Shown in pieces: positions 47,369-62,100 of a stretch of DNA of 64,000 nt (positions are counted from its first letter, which is position 1; each line of letters opens with the position of its first letter). Below the pieces are notes generated by a model that saw only the letters and a program-made list of their open reading frames with translations, made no database searches and had not been told where the DNA came from. This DNA is from Chrysomallon squamiferum. Its lineage: Eukaryota; Animalia; Mollusca. The stretch spans positions 2,108,001 to 2,172,000 of the forward strand of contig CM022669.1 in assembly GCA_012295275.1 (NCBI GenBank). The letters run 5' to 3'. A program made the position numbers and the translations under genes.

Positions 47369-50300
47369 TCAGTGAACTCTTATTGTTTCTACTCTGTCCA
47401 CCAATCCTCGACCTAACACTGCAAAGTCATTGAGGATAGCCCCAAAGTTTGTCACCAGTACAGTTTCTGCAGTCTGACTGTCAACTGTCAACATTCTTCC
47501 TGCTACCACAGAAACCTGAAATACCAAAGTGTTTTTGATTTATTTCTCTGAATTTTTAACTGAAGAGTGTTAACAAAAATAACATGTTTTTGAAGATAGA
47601 TGAATTCAATTAAAGGGCATGTTGGGTAGGGAGGAGAAAACTGAATGACCACAAACAACATTCAGTAGTTGTTTTCTGATGAAACCAATTTTACTTTATT
47701 TAATATATATATAAAAGAAATGGATCTGTCATATACCATTCTAAAAGATAAAAAAATAATAATAATCTTGGGAAAAATTATATATGTGAAAGGAAAACAA
47801 CAATTTAAAGAATGACTGAAAGCAAAATCTACCTTAAACTCTTTAGGTTGAAGAGCAGCTGGTTTCCAAATTACTCCAATCACACTTCCCCCATATTTAT
47901 CATAACAAAACATGGCCAACTCATCATAGGAACACTGAAAAATGATAACACAAATTTATTATAATATATATTGTATTTAATATTCTATTATTTACTGCTA
48001 ACATAAATCAAAAAATTTGCAGATAGTGATCCAAAAATTCATCAGTGCAATAAGCAGAAATTACTGATGAGAAAATTTCAGTAACATAAAATATAATAAC
48101 AATAAGAATTTTGTTATCAAATTATGAAGAAATCAATAGGTTTCAATAGAGCTGTGAGTAATGAAATTTTGAAGACTTGTGTTGTCTCACAGACCAGGCT
48201 AAATTATAGCCTAAATTTAATTAAATCAGTTGAAATACATTGATGTTTGTAAAAAAATCACTTTACTGTAAAGACCTGGAGAGCAGGAAAATCTTTGCAC
48301 TCCTCTTCTGAAATAACATGCATTATGAATGTATAATCATTTGAACTAACAGGCTCATCATCAAATTTAAGCAATATTTTAATCACAGGTGTTATGTCTA
48401 TAGGATTACCTGCAGTTTATGGAGGTAATACTGTACAGGGTCATAGTCTACAACTGGCATAGTTTTAACAACTTCTCGGAACTTGTTCACTGCAACGTGA
48501 GGAATCACTGTGTTTTCAGAGATGTCTACTGCTTCATAATTCCGGGGCAACTGTTGCCAATTCAGATAGATCAAGACATCGAAAATCTCAAATGAAGGTC
48601 TGAAAATGGTCTGAAAGAGAAAAATTAATAAATGAACTGAGCTGAACAGGTACTTAAACATCCAACAGCTCTGGGTAATTATAATTTAAGGGATAAGAGA
48701 AAATATTTCATTTTGAAGCATTAAATATATTTCTGACATATTCTGAGGATATATCTTTTTTTTTCAAATTATTATCATCACAGACATGTTACACATGATA
48801 TCTGGTAAAGTATAATTTGTAAATAACATTCAATTAATTTAGAAATCAAAAATTAAATCTTGGGCAAATGTAAAAACCATAACTGTTGTCTCTGCTCTGT
48901 TTATAACTAGAGATTAAAACAATGTACTATAAAAACATGGAGATCTGTTTTTATATATTTATAAAAATAAAACCACATACTTTAAAATCTAGCTGCAGTG
49001 AACAAAGTAAGATCTGGTTCTGCAGCACTTCGCATGCTTTTTGTGCAAGAAGAACAAACTGGCGGAGTAAGGGAGCAGTTGGTGTTTTTTTAGTCCAGTG
49101 AGAGCTGTATCTGTCAAATGGAGTTGACAAAAACATCAGTGGAAGAGTTGTACGCTCTTTGCTGAACTTGTGGGCAATATCTGCAACATCTTCAGCTGTT
49201 GATAAAACAAACATTACTTTCCATCAGTACATCTCTGATAGCTTAGCTTAAGTAAGTGTATATAAATGTACAGTCAAACGATTAGTTTCTCCCTAGTATA
49301 CTAGTATACCACTATCCCAGATTAGATGGAATTCTTAAGTATACAACACTTAAAAAGGTTATAAAAATCTTAAACATTTCAACTTATGTAAATATTATTT
49401 ATATGATGCAACGTGAGGTAATACCAAGTTTATTTTTTTTTTTTTTGATAATATTATTGTGGGTGTTATTTTTTATAGTCTGTACTGTATTCCATAAATC
49501 TACATATTCACAAATGTTACTGTTTTTTTATATTTCAACTTTATTTAATGCAAAAAGATATTCATAAATAAAATCAAACCTGATAATTTGTTGTTCAGAT
49601 TCACTATGAAGGGAGATAATTTCCAGTCAAATGTTGAAATCAGCTGAAGAAATCTGAAGAAACCAGTAATTGGCGAACTGAAGAAAAAAAAATAACTTAT
49701 CACAAATCATTTAAAATATGGCTTTGAAATTATAATCCTTAGTGTTGACAAAAGCAGAAAAAGATCAAAGAATAATGTAAACCTATTTTTTGTTCATGTT
49801 AATTTACTGCTAACTGCTTCTACTGAGAGAGATAATAATATCCATTCTCTTCTTTGTAAATAAGCCTCCATTATTAAATCATTAAGACAAATCCTGTCAT
49901 TTGTCAAGAATTTCTCTTTAAATGAATGATTTCCTCTTAAAGAAAAAACATTACATTTGCTCTTTGCTATGCCTTACACAATATAAAAATTACTGCTGTT
50001 TCAACTGACACTCAATAAACTGACCAGTTAAAATAATTATATTGAGTAAAATTCAGGGAAAGAATGTCATGTACACACAGTTCCCAGTTTTACTATGCAC
50101 AAACAATTCAAAGAATCAAATATTACTTGATAATATCCAGTAAGACTCACCCTGGAGGTGTGAAAGGTGCTGGGTTCAAATATAGCTGAGCTACGATGAG
50201 CTCTACAGCCATGTCTGGAATGTGGTCAGATAACATGTGAGCAGCCGTCCACCGTTTGGCCAGTCTTGACACACAGCTGAATGAGTTGTGTTGTTGATAA

Positions 50301-51727
50301 ATCCTAGTAAAAACAACATTTAATTATTCTCTTTATACACTGTATTTTAAAAAGTGGCTGAAAAATAGGCTGACATTCTTGCAAAATTATGATTTAAAAT
50401 ATCACTCCACTAGAAAGAATAAAAACTGAATAGATGGTATCAGTAGACAACCTTTGTTACAATCACAATATATAACTAAATTTGCAGATTTTCAATTAAA
50501 TATATGGAAAAAGAAATAAAATCTACTGACTGTTGACTTACACTAATATTCATACAACATGAAGATCAAGTCCATTTACTATATTAAAATCAACATTGTA
50601 AGGAACTAGGTTATAATATGTCTTTTTTTCTAGATACCCATGTAAAGTGCTTGTTAGAACTGGTAAAATTTTGGTTGTCTTCTCAAGTTTGACTGATGCC
50701 TCTGTGTCTTTGAACTTCACTGTACCATCAGACATCTTGATTAGTTTAGCCACTGTTACCTCCCTGGAGTATGACAGTCTGATCCTGAACACAAAGCCAT
50801 CCTTTAAAATAAATATATATATTTTTTACTATTTTATTTATTAAATACATTTTTTTAAATAATAAATAAAATATTAAACACCCATTAAAAATATTAAATC
50901 TAAATATTATTTAAAATAATAGAGAACATAGACACATTCTTTAAAATAATAAATTAAAAAGAAACATTCATTAAAATAAATAAGACTAAACATTCTTTGA
51001 AATATCCTATAATATATTTTTTCAAAGAATGTATATTATTCTATTTAATTTTTAAAGATGTTTAATATTTTTTTAATTATTTTTTTAATTATTTTAAAGA
51101 ATGTTATTTTATTCATTATTTCGAAGGATGTTTATTTATTATTTTAAAAGTTTGTTATTTTAAATCATGTTTCTATATTTAACAAATAAATTAGCCAATA
51201 AAATAATAAATTTAAAAAAATAAATAAATAACTTTAAAACTAAAAAAAATAATTAAATATTCTTTAAAATAATAATAAAATAATAAACATCATTTACTAT
51301 TTCAAAGAATGTTTATTATTTTGTATATTATTAAAACATAACAATATTGAACATTCTTTTAAATGATCTTTACTTTATATTTATTAGTTTTTTTTATTAT
51401 TTAAAGTATGTTTGTTATTTTGCTTATTATTTGTTTATTAATTAAAGGTATATTTATTAGTTTATTGATTATTTAAAGTATATTTATTATTTTACTTCAT
51501 ATGTGAATAATGTTTATTATGTCTTTATTTTAATAAATACTTATCTCTTTATTTATTCTTTTAAAAACAAATGTATTATTTTATTTATTATTTTAAAGTA
51601 TATTTAAATTTTATTTACTGTTTTAAACAAATCATTTTATTTTTTATTTTATAGAATGTTTACTATTTGCTTTATTATCTTAAGGGATGTTGAACATTTT
51701 ATTTATTATTTTAAAGAAATTTTACTG

Positions 51728-51764
<37 letters not shown>

Positions 51765-54700
51765 TAATAATGGTTTGTTTTATTATTTTACTTATTTTAT
51801 AGAAGGTAAACATTCTTTATAATAATAAAATAATAAATAAAAGAGTAAGAGTTCTCTAAAAAAAAAAAAGAAGAAGATAAATAAAACAAAATATTGATTA
51901 ATTTACTTGGAAATGAATTGCTAATGCCTAAGGACCAATTCACTTTATGAAACACTGATCCATGATGATTTAGTTGAAAAATTATTACATTATGCACATA
52001 AATTTACAGTTTCTAATTAACACGTTTTATATTAACAAAACAGCAATTGACATGTGCTGATTTCAACACATTCTACCTATGCTGATTTGATCAAAGTCAA
52101 GTTATAAACAAGCCCAAGGAGTAAATCTGAAAACATTTGTCTATTAATAGCTCACTTTAAGAACATCAACCCATTCTGGTTTGATCAGCACAGGAAGCAG
52201 ACACTGAGATGAGAGAGCTTTGCCAAGCTGTATGTGAAATGCTGCCTTCAATCTCCGAACTGCTTCAAAATCTTCTGGCCATTTTCCACTGGTTTCCAAC
52301 ATACACACAACTATAGATAATAAAAAAAGCAAAAATGGAAATATTTTGTATTAGTTTTCACATTAAAAAGAAATGTGAACAGACTATTGAGATAAAAATG
52401 AAAAATTCAGATACTGTAGAATAAAATATTTTTAATTTGCATATATTATTAAATAATTAACATATGGTTATTTAAATTAGATATGACTGTTTTGACTTCA
52501 CATATATTAAAATCCTGACTATTTATAATTATGTGAATCAGAGTACATGGAACAAAATTAATCTCGATATCTGCCGTGTGTTATCTCAATACTACTTCAT
52601 TATGTTCCGTTAAGTAGCAGACACTACCTTCTAGACATGGAACCCAAGGGGGTGCAAACTTAGTGGGGTCTGGTAGGGTGGGACCTTGCTGGTGCTGCCC
52701 TGACAGGGTGAGAAGTGGAACAGCTGGAAACACCTTCAAATTTAAAAACAATACATGTATATATACACACACAGACACAAAATTTACTGTAACTTTCTTT
52801 TTTCTGCACTGAATCAAAATCAAATTCATTTCTATAGTTAAATATCCAACTATATGCATTTGATAGTGTGTGTGCACGTACACATAAACACACACATTCA
52901 AATATCTATATGTAATTTAACTTTAAATAACCTATATTTAAACTTTAAACTTTAACTGATAATTAAATAATATATAGACCAAAAATATATAATTACCCTA
53001 TATTTAAATAATATTATATTACTTATGTTGAAATAAATCAGTAAATATCCTTTTGCATAATAAAGATGTCTTACCTTTAATTATCAAAGATTATCTCTTA
53101 TTCTTAATCAATACATATCTTTAAACAGTATGAGATTATTCTCACCTCAGTGTATCTGAAAACAGGTGATATTGCCTGTATGGAGTTGATAGCTAGAGGC
53201 AGGTCGTTTAGTCCTCGCAGCTGTTTTGTCAGACTGGTGTACCTGTGATGTATCAGTATGTGTTGTTCCTCTCCAGTGCCGTAAGGAAATGCATCAGCCT
53301 CTGCTCGTCTACGAGGCCGTTTTAATACACAGTCCAACTGACTTCCGATGTGGTGAATGTTTTCTTTCTTAATGTCTGCATGTCTGTCCAAAAAAATCTT
53401 CATATAATCTTAATTCTGTTATAAAACATCTGTCAAATAATGTACTAAATTGCCTACAGAATGGTGTAGCTAAAGCTTAAAAATTGATCAAATATGTGCT
53501 GGAAACAAAAGATAACACATCTCTACCATTTAACAAAGATCTATTATTTTTAAAACAAAAGGCAATAAATTCACACCTTTTACTACTTCTGCTACTACTA
53601 CTTCTAAAAAGTATTATTCTGCTACTACTATTATTCTGTAAGAAGAAGAGATAAATACAGAGATGTATATACAGTTTTGAAATTACTATTCACCTATGTA
53701 GGATGTAGTTCACTATTTTGGAGCAAACCAGTCTTTTCTTGCTGATCAGTGTGTCTGACGTCCACACAACTGCTTCACAAATAACACCGTCCTGAAATCT
53801 CCTCAACTCAGACTTATCTCCCCAAAACTTGATAAACTCTTTGGCCTGAGATTTAAAAAAGAAATAAACATATAAAATTAAAAATTAAATATATAGGATT
53901 AAAAAAAAGTATTGTTTTATTAATTAAAACATAATATGTTTTCATTTTACTTTTAATTATTTTGATAATGACTAAATTTCAAGCAAATAGGTTTAGGGCA
54001 TGAAGTTAAAAAACATTTATATTTCAGGACAGCATTTTTAAAATTAAAGTTAAATGAGTATTTTAGTGAATATTTTAAAAATCAGGTTAATTGTATAAAG
54101 TTAAATGAGTATTTCAGTGACATTTTTAAATCAAATTAATTGTATAAAGTTAAATGAGTATTTTGGTGACAGTTTAAAATCAGATTAATTGTATAAAGAT
54201 AAATGAGTATTTTAGTTGCATTTCTAAATCAGATTAATTGTATAAAGTTAAATGAGTATTTTAGTTGCATTTCTAAATCAGATTAATTGTATAAAGTTGA
54301 ATGAGTATTTCAGTGACATTTTAAATCAGATTAATTGTATAAAGTTGAATGAGTATTTTAGTGAATATTTTAAAATTCAGATTAATTGTATAAAGTTAAA
54401 TGAGTATTTCAGTGACATTTTTAAATCAAATTAATTGTATAAAGTTAAATGAGTATTTTGGTGACAGTTTAAAATCAGATTAATTGTATAAAGTTAAATG
54501 AGTATTTTAGTTGCATTTCTAAATCAGATTAATTGTATAAAGTTGAATGAGTATTTCAGTGACATTTTAAATCAGATTAATTGTATAAAGTTAAATGAGT
54601 ATTTCAGTGACATTTTTTAATCAGATCAAGTGTATAAAGTTAAATGAGTATTTTGGTGACACATTTAAGTCAGGCTAATTGTATAAATGAGTATTTTGTT

Positions 54701-57700
54701 GACATGTTTAAGTCAGGCTAATTGTATAAATGAGTATTTTGATGACACGTTTAAGTCAGGCTAATTGTATAAATGAGTATTTTGTTGACATGTTTAAGTC
54801 AGGCTAATTGTATAAATGAGTATTTTGGTGACACATTTAAGTCAGGCTAATTGTATAAATGAGTATTTTGGTGACACATTTAAGTCAGGCTAATTGTATA
54901 AATGAGTATTTTGTTGACATGTTTAAGTCAGGCTAATTGTATAAATGAGTATTTTGATGACACGTTTAAGTCAGGCTAATTGTATAAATATTTTGTTGAC
55001 ATGTTTAAGTCAGGCTAATTGTATAAATGAGTATTTTGGTGACAAACCTTTGCTGAATCAGCAGCAGGACCTTTCTCTACGACACTGTTAGCAAACTCTG
55101 GATCAACCAGAAATCCAAATGTCAGCTTTACTTCATCTTTTGTTTCTGGTGGTCTCTTATCTATAGGCCACTGCAATTCAAACAAAATCAGAATTTAAAA
55201 AAAAAAATTCAGTTATGCATTGGTTTGGGTTTTCTGGAGGGTTGGGGTTTTTTTTGTCATTACATATAATTTTAATTATTATTCTATACTTTTTCACTAA
55301 AAATTATGACAATAATATTGGTGAAATAAAAAAAATTTAATTTAATATTCTTAATGAAAATTTTAATTATAATCAAATTTCATCAAAATTGTATACATTT
55401 TTTTTTTTTTTTATCAAATTGCAAAGCTCATTTTAACAATGTAATTTTATGTGCATTTAAAGTGTATATTCTGCATACTTCAAAGTTAGGTTTTTGTTTG
55501 TTTTTGGCTATCCAATTTTAATTATTAACAGTATAGTACAATAAGTGTCCATCTTGTACAACATGGGGTGTGAAAGAGTAAAATGTTCTAACAGGTAAAT
55601 TTTGATAAGCATAAGCATAATGTCAGACATACATTTATTAATTTGTAATGTATATTGTACAATTCTTGCCTGTTTGATGGGAAGCTGTCTCATCTGAATG
55701 AGATGGACACGTTTATTAAGAGCTCTTTTCAGAATATCTAAAATTGCTGGAATGCTAGCAAGCACATAATCGCCATTGTAGTCTACTAACTTATGAGAAA
55801 TGTTCAGTTTACTTGGGCAATGATGCAGTTCTTCTAAATCAGTAATGCTGAAAATAAAATTACAGTTCATGGGTGTAATGTGCAAAGCACTGTTTTTAGA
55901 ATCTTGATAGGAGCAAGAATTGCCTCTAATGTTTTACCAGAGAGTAAAACAAATTCATTACAAAATTATAGTTTTCTATGTTTTTTTTAATAAAAATCAT
56001 GCTTGGAACCAGTTGTCTCTTAACAAGAGCAAAATTGATTTCAACATTTTTATTAGTTTTTATTAAAACTAAATTATTATTATCAACAAATAATTATAAT
56101 TTTATTGTGTTTTACAATGTGTTCTTACTGAAAAATGTGGTCAAATTTTGATATAAATGGCACAGGCTTCAGAAAGAGAGCTTCAAAGCTGTCGTTGCCA
56201 TGGTTATCTAGAACCTGCACAGCTAACTTGGCTTCGTGAACAACCTTTAAAACAATTTGAAATACAAAAACATTTACCATTATTATCATATATGCAAATA
56301 TGTTAAAGCAATTCATTGAGAAGAATTCCAGAACACATGCATAAGTATAAATATGTTACGGAAAAAATAGATTTCAAATTTTTCTACCAATTACTGAGAA
56401 CATGATACAGAAAATTTTGAAAACACTTGAGATGGAACACAAACTTACTCTTTGATAAAGTGATCTGGTCATTGAAGCACACAGATTTGTATATCCAGAA
56501 TGGTCAACAAAGACAACATCAAATGTGTTTTGAAACTGTGACAGAGATGGACAGAGGTCATCACTGGTATCTGGACACAAAGTAATTGGATTTTCACACC
56601 AGTTGGAATTGGCTGAAATGCACATGTGGTAAAAGAATAAATAATAAATTATTTAGGTTTACAAATTCATACAATTATAAATTAATCTGCTAGTTAAACA
56701 CTATGTTGTATTTAATAATAATAATAATGATCATAATAACAATAATAATGAAAATGATAATGATATAATGACAACAGAATAATAATAATAGTAATGATAA
56801 TGATATCAGTGATAATATCAGTAATGATAATAATGTCAATTTTCTAAGAATAACTATAAAAATGATGATGAGCTATGAGAGGTATTTTGCAAGTACTTAC
56901 ACAGATTTAAAAGTGTATTTCTGAACACCTGGTAACTACTCATGAATTTGTTTAGAAGTCGCTGCTTCATCAAATACGAAACAAACATGGTCATCACAAA
57001 CCCACTGAAACATCCATAGCCCTAAGAAAAAGAAATTGTCAACTTCAGCTTGTACTAAGATTGCAGCAATAGTACTTTGTGAATCAAAGTAAAATTGTTG
57101 TAAGTATTACAGATATATTATCAATAATATTAAGATCAGAATTCTCTATTTCATCAAAATTGTAAGCATATTAACATAATAATTCAGACAAATTAAACAG
57201 TATTTAGCAATCCTGATAATGTACAACTAAAGAAAAAAATATCAACATCAAAAGATTAATCCTATCATCAAATTTTAATTAGTTAACTTTATTTTAAAAT
57301 AATGTATTGTCAAAATTAACTATAGGTTGTAAAAACAATAAAAGAAAAAGAAAAGAGAGAAATATTTAAACAGCAAAGAATATATGATATGAATGAGTAA
57401 GTAGTGGAAAAGAATTCACATCAAAAAGTGGCAAAATCAGAAAACGATTACATGTCCCTTTCATAGACACTAACATATACAAATTAAGAATACATTGTTA
57501 TCAGAAAGTAAATTTTATTTACCACACTGAGTTCTCTGAGTCGTAGCCACACTTTGAGCAAGATGACACCCTGTTTCAAACCCAGTGAACCAGAAAACTG
57601 TTCCTGCATCTTTGTCATATTGTGCTTCAGAGTCAAGTCCTGTAATACTGCTGTGTTGTATAGTGGTGTGGCCATGTTTTCTTCATCTCAAAATTAAACA

Positions 57701-60700
57701 GAATATAGAACTATAGAGAAAACTTCATTTGGAAGAGTTCAGGGAAATATATCTCTGAATATTAAGAAATTATGAATTCTGTTTTTTTCTGCATCTGAAA
57801 GTAGTTCTGAATAAAGAAATCTACTTACCATTATCCTCAGAGAGTTCTTTTTCCTCAAACCAGTATTTTCTCACATTATTTTTGTCCATGATAAACCGGT
57901 TCAGTTTGAATGAACCTGACTCTGGTACAACATGAAGATGAATTTCAAATCCAGGTGTACTCTCATCTAAATATAGAAATAATGAAAGCTGATAAAAATG
58001 GATTCTTTTTCTCTTTTACCATTGTGTCATTTTCTACAGAAAAGTCAAAATATAAATGACCAACTGAATGTAGGAAAATGTTGTAATAATTTAATCGGAC
58101 TCAGAGCTTTCTATTTTGCATTTCAAAGTACAAAATGTTTTTTTAAATAAATCTTGACAAGTAGTGTTTTTTCTGCACTGTACTTTATGATAAGCAAAGA
58201 CTGATACCACAAACAAACAAAAATTAATTTATGGCTGTAATATAAATTGTATTTACAAGATTGATATGTTCTACCAAACTATTTACACAATTGATATGTT
58301 CTACCAAACTATAGGCACACATTAAGGACAAAACAAATTAAAAGTGCTGTTAATACCTTTTATTTGCATCAGAAGAAATGGTTTGAAATGGTCCCCATGG
58401 TGATAAGAAAAGTGCAGATCATGTACAATATTTTCTTTCTGTAAGTGCCAGGCAATAGTTGTGAGGTAGAAGGCTCGTTTCCTGATGTATCGATGATTCA
58501 AATAATCCTTTGTCTGGATACAGTGCTTAAACACACAAAGAAAAAGCTCTTAAATGTGAAACCTGCACAAATGAAAATGATTTTTCAGAGTCCACTGCTA
58601 TTAGTCATTAAAAAGAACCAATATTTTTAGTTCTGTCTGACAGAAATGCATTTTAAACAGGCATATCCTGTTTTGAATGTTTATAATATCTATCAGTAAT
58701 ATGTATGTACTTGTTACTTACCTTAGGCATGGTAACTCCTAGATCTACATGTGCATGTGGTTTTACACTAGTGCCCAGTAAAAAACTGCCAACTATATCC
58801 ACAGATTTTGGACAAAGAAATTGAAAATTTCCTTTCTTGCTTCTTGGTTTCAATGTTACAGGAAATTCCAATCCATTTTTTGTAAACCACTTAGTATCAG
58901 AAAGCTAAAATTAAATATAATCAGTAAACTATAAATTAAAATGAATCAGTAGAGAATAAAATATAATATTATATAATACTGATAATAATGCTTTTAAATA
59001 AATTATATTATAGATCTCTTAATTTTAGGATTTTACAAATTTATTGTTAAAATGAATAATTATATTTTACAAAATGAAATGTTAGGAGTTATTAACTAAA
59101 CTTGATAATTACAGAATAATTACATGCTGAACTCATTCTAATGTTGTTGTCATTATATTATTATTAGTGAAATGATCAATTTTGTGACCTAAGTGTCTGG
59201 AGACAACAACATAAAAACCTGATGGTTTAAAGTACATTTGTCATTTGCCTCATTGATTTTAGTGTACTGCTAAAAAAATGATAGGTTGTTGTATTTGTGA
59301 AGTAAGTTTTAGTTTTGGAAATATTTTGTAAGATAATACCTAGACAACAGCATTATTGACTACAAACATTTAGCTGAATTTGTTTATAGGAAAACAGTAT
59401 TTAAAATGTGCATAATGATACTAACCTCACACACTTTGCCATCAGGAAGAGAAAGAAGCACTTTCTTCACCTTCTGTAAACTTTCTTCAATCTTTGCCTT
59501 TCTTCCGTCTTTTACACAAACTTCATTCAGAAGTTCTGCAATCTGAGAAATCCATTTCTTTATTATTTAATCAAATACACTAACAGTTTAATTTAGTTGG
59601 TTTTGTATAATATATAAGCTAAACTTTCATTATAAACTGTTTTCTTAAATCTAAAATCTACAATCCTTAAGACACAATTATTTCAAAAGTTCTTCAGTCT
59701 AAAACCATTTCATAAATTACTATAATCAATTTTAATTCACCTACCATCTTTGAGACAAACCGTACATGCATACTACAGATTACAGACAAAACAAGCTCAG
59801 ATTATAGAAAGAATGTTTCATTCACGATATATAGATATATTCACATACTTTTGATGCAGTTTTAAAAAGTCAAGCAGTTTTCGAGGAATTCTCTGGAAAC
59901 AAGTTATTAAGGAGCAATGTAACTAAGCAGTATGTAAAAAGGTTACATACTATTATCTACTCAGACTAATTTTTTATCCAACTTTTTATCCCATGGATAA
60001 ATTAAACTCTTTCTCAAGTTGTTAACAAGATGTTGTGATTATGTGATTATCCTCTGCTGAGGATAGTGATCATCAAATTAGATTAATCTAACATTTATGA
60101 TTTACAAGTAGCTGTTTGCTTCTCAGTTAATTTACTGGATCAATAAAATTAAGAAAGTGACCAATATTTGGTATGGGGTGGGGTCATATTTAACTTATAA
60201 ATATTTAAAAATTGTGTTTTTAATCACTTTACTGTAAATGGTCTGATAAATCAGATCTAAACAAAATAAAATTAAAAAAAAAAAAAAAAATTAACAAACC
60301 TGCAACCTAAGCAAACTGGACTGGAATAGATTTTCTGTTTCTTTAAGTTCTAACAGTTGAGATGAAGAAGGTGATTTTGAAGTCTTTGCAACTTTGCTTG
60401 GAACTGAATCAGTGTTTTGTTCAGTTGTGTTTTTTTCATCCTGTTCATGAATATTTATCTCAGAATTATTATCTGATGTCTTCAAGGGGAAAAAAAAAAA
60501 AAAAAAATTTAATTCCCAATTAGTAATTCAGAGTATTATCACTATTACAATAAAATTAGTGTATTGCCAGTTAAATATCTACTTCTAGTAGAAGTTCTAC
60601 TAGATTTAGATTATCATAATCATAATGATAATCATAATGAAAATGATAATAACTAAATCAGATAATCGTAATCATTGACGCTGACGATTGTTTAAACCCT

Positions 60701-60943
60701 GATAATATTTGTATTATAATTAATAATAATACATTTGCATGTGCATGTGTATGCATGTTCATATAACTGTATTATATATGTGTATGTGTGTATATAATAT
60801 AATATATGTTTATGCGTAGGTATGTGTTTATCTAAATCGAAATCATTTATGTTCTTTTTTTTCTTATAAATCTTTATATATAGCATTACCCCCGACAACG
60901 ATTCATCAACCTTCCGTTTTGTCATCTTCGTCAACAAACGCAT
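47369..60943 (-). CDS. NOL6: Nucleolar protein 6 (Nrap/Utp22), ~1145 aa
   Basis: 23 exons: 60890-60943, 60300-60479, 59426-59542, 58722-58904, 58357-58525, 57829-57966, 57523-57686, 56901-57021, 56449-56612, 56129-56244, 55670-55847, 55048-55170, 53694-53845, 53146-53383, 52628-52733, 52156-52310, 50638-50801, 50151-50303, 49580-49677, 48981-49195, 48410-48610, 47833-47934 and 47369-47515 (3438 nt, open throughout). Motifs: ELKETENLFQSSLLRLQ, VGSFLLGT, KDYLNHRYIRKRAFYL, TPLYN, FWGDKSELRRFQDG, SGKWPED, RLAKRW, YDKYGGSVIGVIWKP. The start may instead be the ATG at 60925. Confidence 0.95.
50810..51830. repeat. Extremely AT-rich degenerate minisatellite in alternating orientations (NOL6 intron)
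   Basis: Variants of ACATTCTTTAAAATAATAAA and of its reverse complement TTTATTATTTTAAAGAATGT occur in alternating blocks. Confidence 0.6.
54045..55044. repeat. Two-domain minisatellite (~49-bp and ~43-bp units) in a NOL6 intron
   Basis: The ~49-bp unit GTGACATTTTAAATCAGATTAATTGTATAAAGTTAAATGAGTATTT-x-x spans ~54045-54655. The 43-bp unit GTGACACATTTAAGTCAGGCTAATTGTATAAATGAGTATTTTG spans ~54656-55044. Confidence 0.95.
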
Positions 60944-61233
60944 GTGCTTTCCTTATATTAAGTTTTTAAATAATTACGCTTGCAACAGAAAGTACCAGTC
61001 GATTTACTCTCTGTTCTTCCAAACCTAATGTGAAGTTCTGCTGGTTTTATAAGTATGGTATAAAATATATAAAATATTTGTTTACTTTGAGCTGAGTATA
61101 TGATCCGCTGATCGGGAAAATAATTTCATTTAATTAATTGGTCTAACTCCCCAAATTCATTAATAACACCAACAACAATGTAACCAAATTAAGCAACTTC
61201 TGTAATCTATAAAAAAAACTATTCCGTAATTTA

Positions 61234-61305
<72 letters not shown>

Positions 61306-61737
61306 AATAAATAACAGAATATTTTTAAATATATATATTATTTTAATTTTTAGGTTTTTTGTTGTTATTGTTATTTTTTATTTATTTATTTATTGTAGAA
61401 GTTTTCTAGAGATACGTCTAGCCAGAGTTATTCCCCGTTTTCACACGTAAACTAAGATAACTAAATGTTTCTAATATCAAATATGTACCTTTCATTTCTA
61501 GGTAATATGTTTCTATATGATGACTTTTTAAAAATAATTTAATCTTTTGAAATGGCGAGTGTTTAACCGTATTTTCCAAACTTCAAAATTCAGTCTGTTT
61601 TTAATTTTGGGTTAAGTAAACAGCATAAAACAAGTAAGTGCTAGATAAATTAAAATCTACGCAGTAGTCATGATCATTTTGCAGTTTCGGTCTACGTATT
61701 GACACCACAGTTATTACTGAATTTCTTAGTTACGTTT

Positions 61738-61768
<31 letters not shown>

Positions 61769-61949
61769 TATTTTTATTCTGTTAGTTAAAACAAAAAATA
61801 TAGACATATAATGATATACAATAATACATACACGAGGCAAAAACTAATAGAAACGCATACAAAAACTCTCAACTGCATAGATGTTAAGCTTCTGAATTTG
61901 GTGTTCCATTTTTTTTTTTTTTTTTTTCAATTTGTTATTATTTTGTTTA

Positions 61950-62001
<52 letters not shown>

Positions 62002-62100
62002 GTTTAAATACTAAAGAAATGTTTAAATTCTCTGTAGTTACTTATATATGCATAGTTTAACAGCACTTTGAATTTAGCCAAAAGGCTTTTTTTTAAAATA

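Noticed and set aside
54045-55044. Regularly spaced repeats superficially like a CRISPR array
   Set aside because: Units are contiguous tandem copies with no unique spacers, lie inside a spliceosomal intron, and no cas genes are present.
58560-58680. Hairpins in NOL6 introns (here and ~48226-48360, ~60043-60070) as possible intronic snoRNAs
   Set aside because: Short stems exist, but I could not identify a convincing C/D pair with a terminal stem or a two-hairpin H/ACA layout with a guide sequence. An Infernal/Rfam or snoscan search would decide it.
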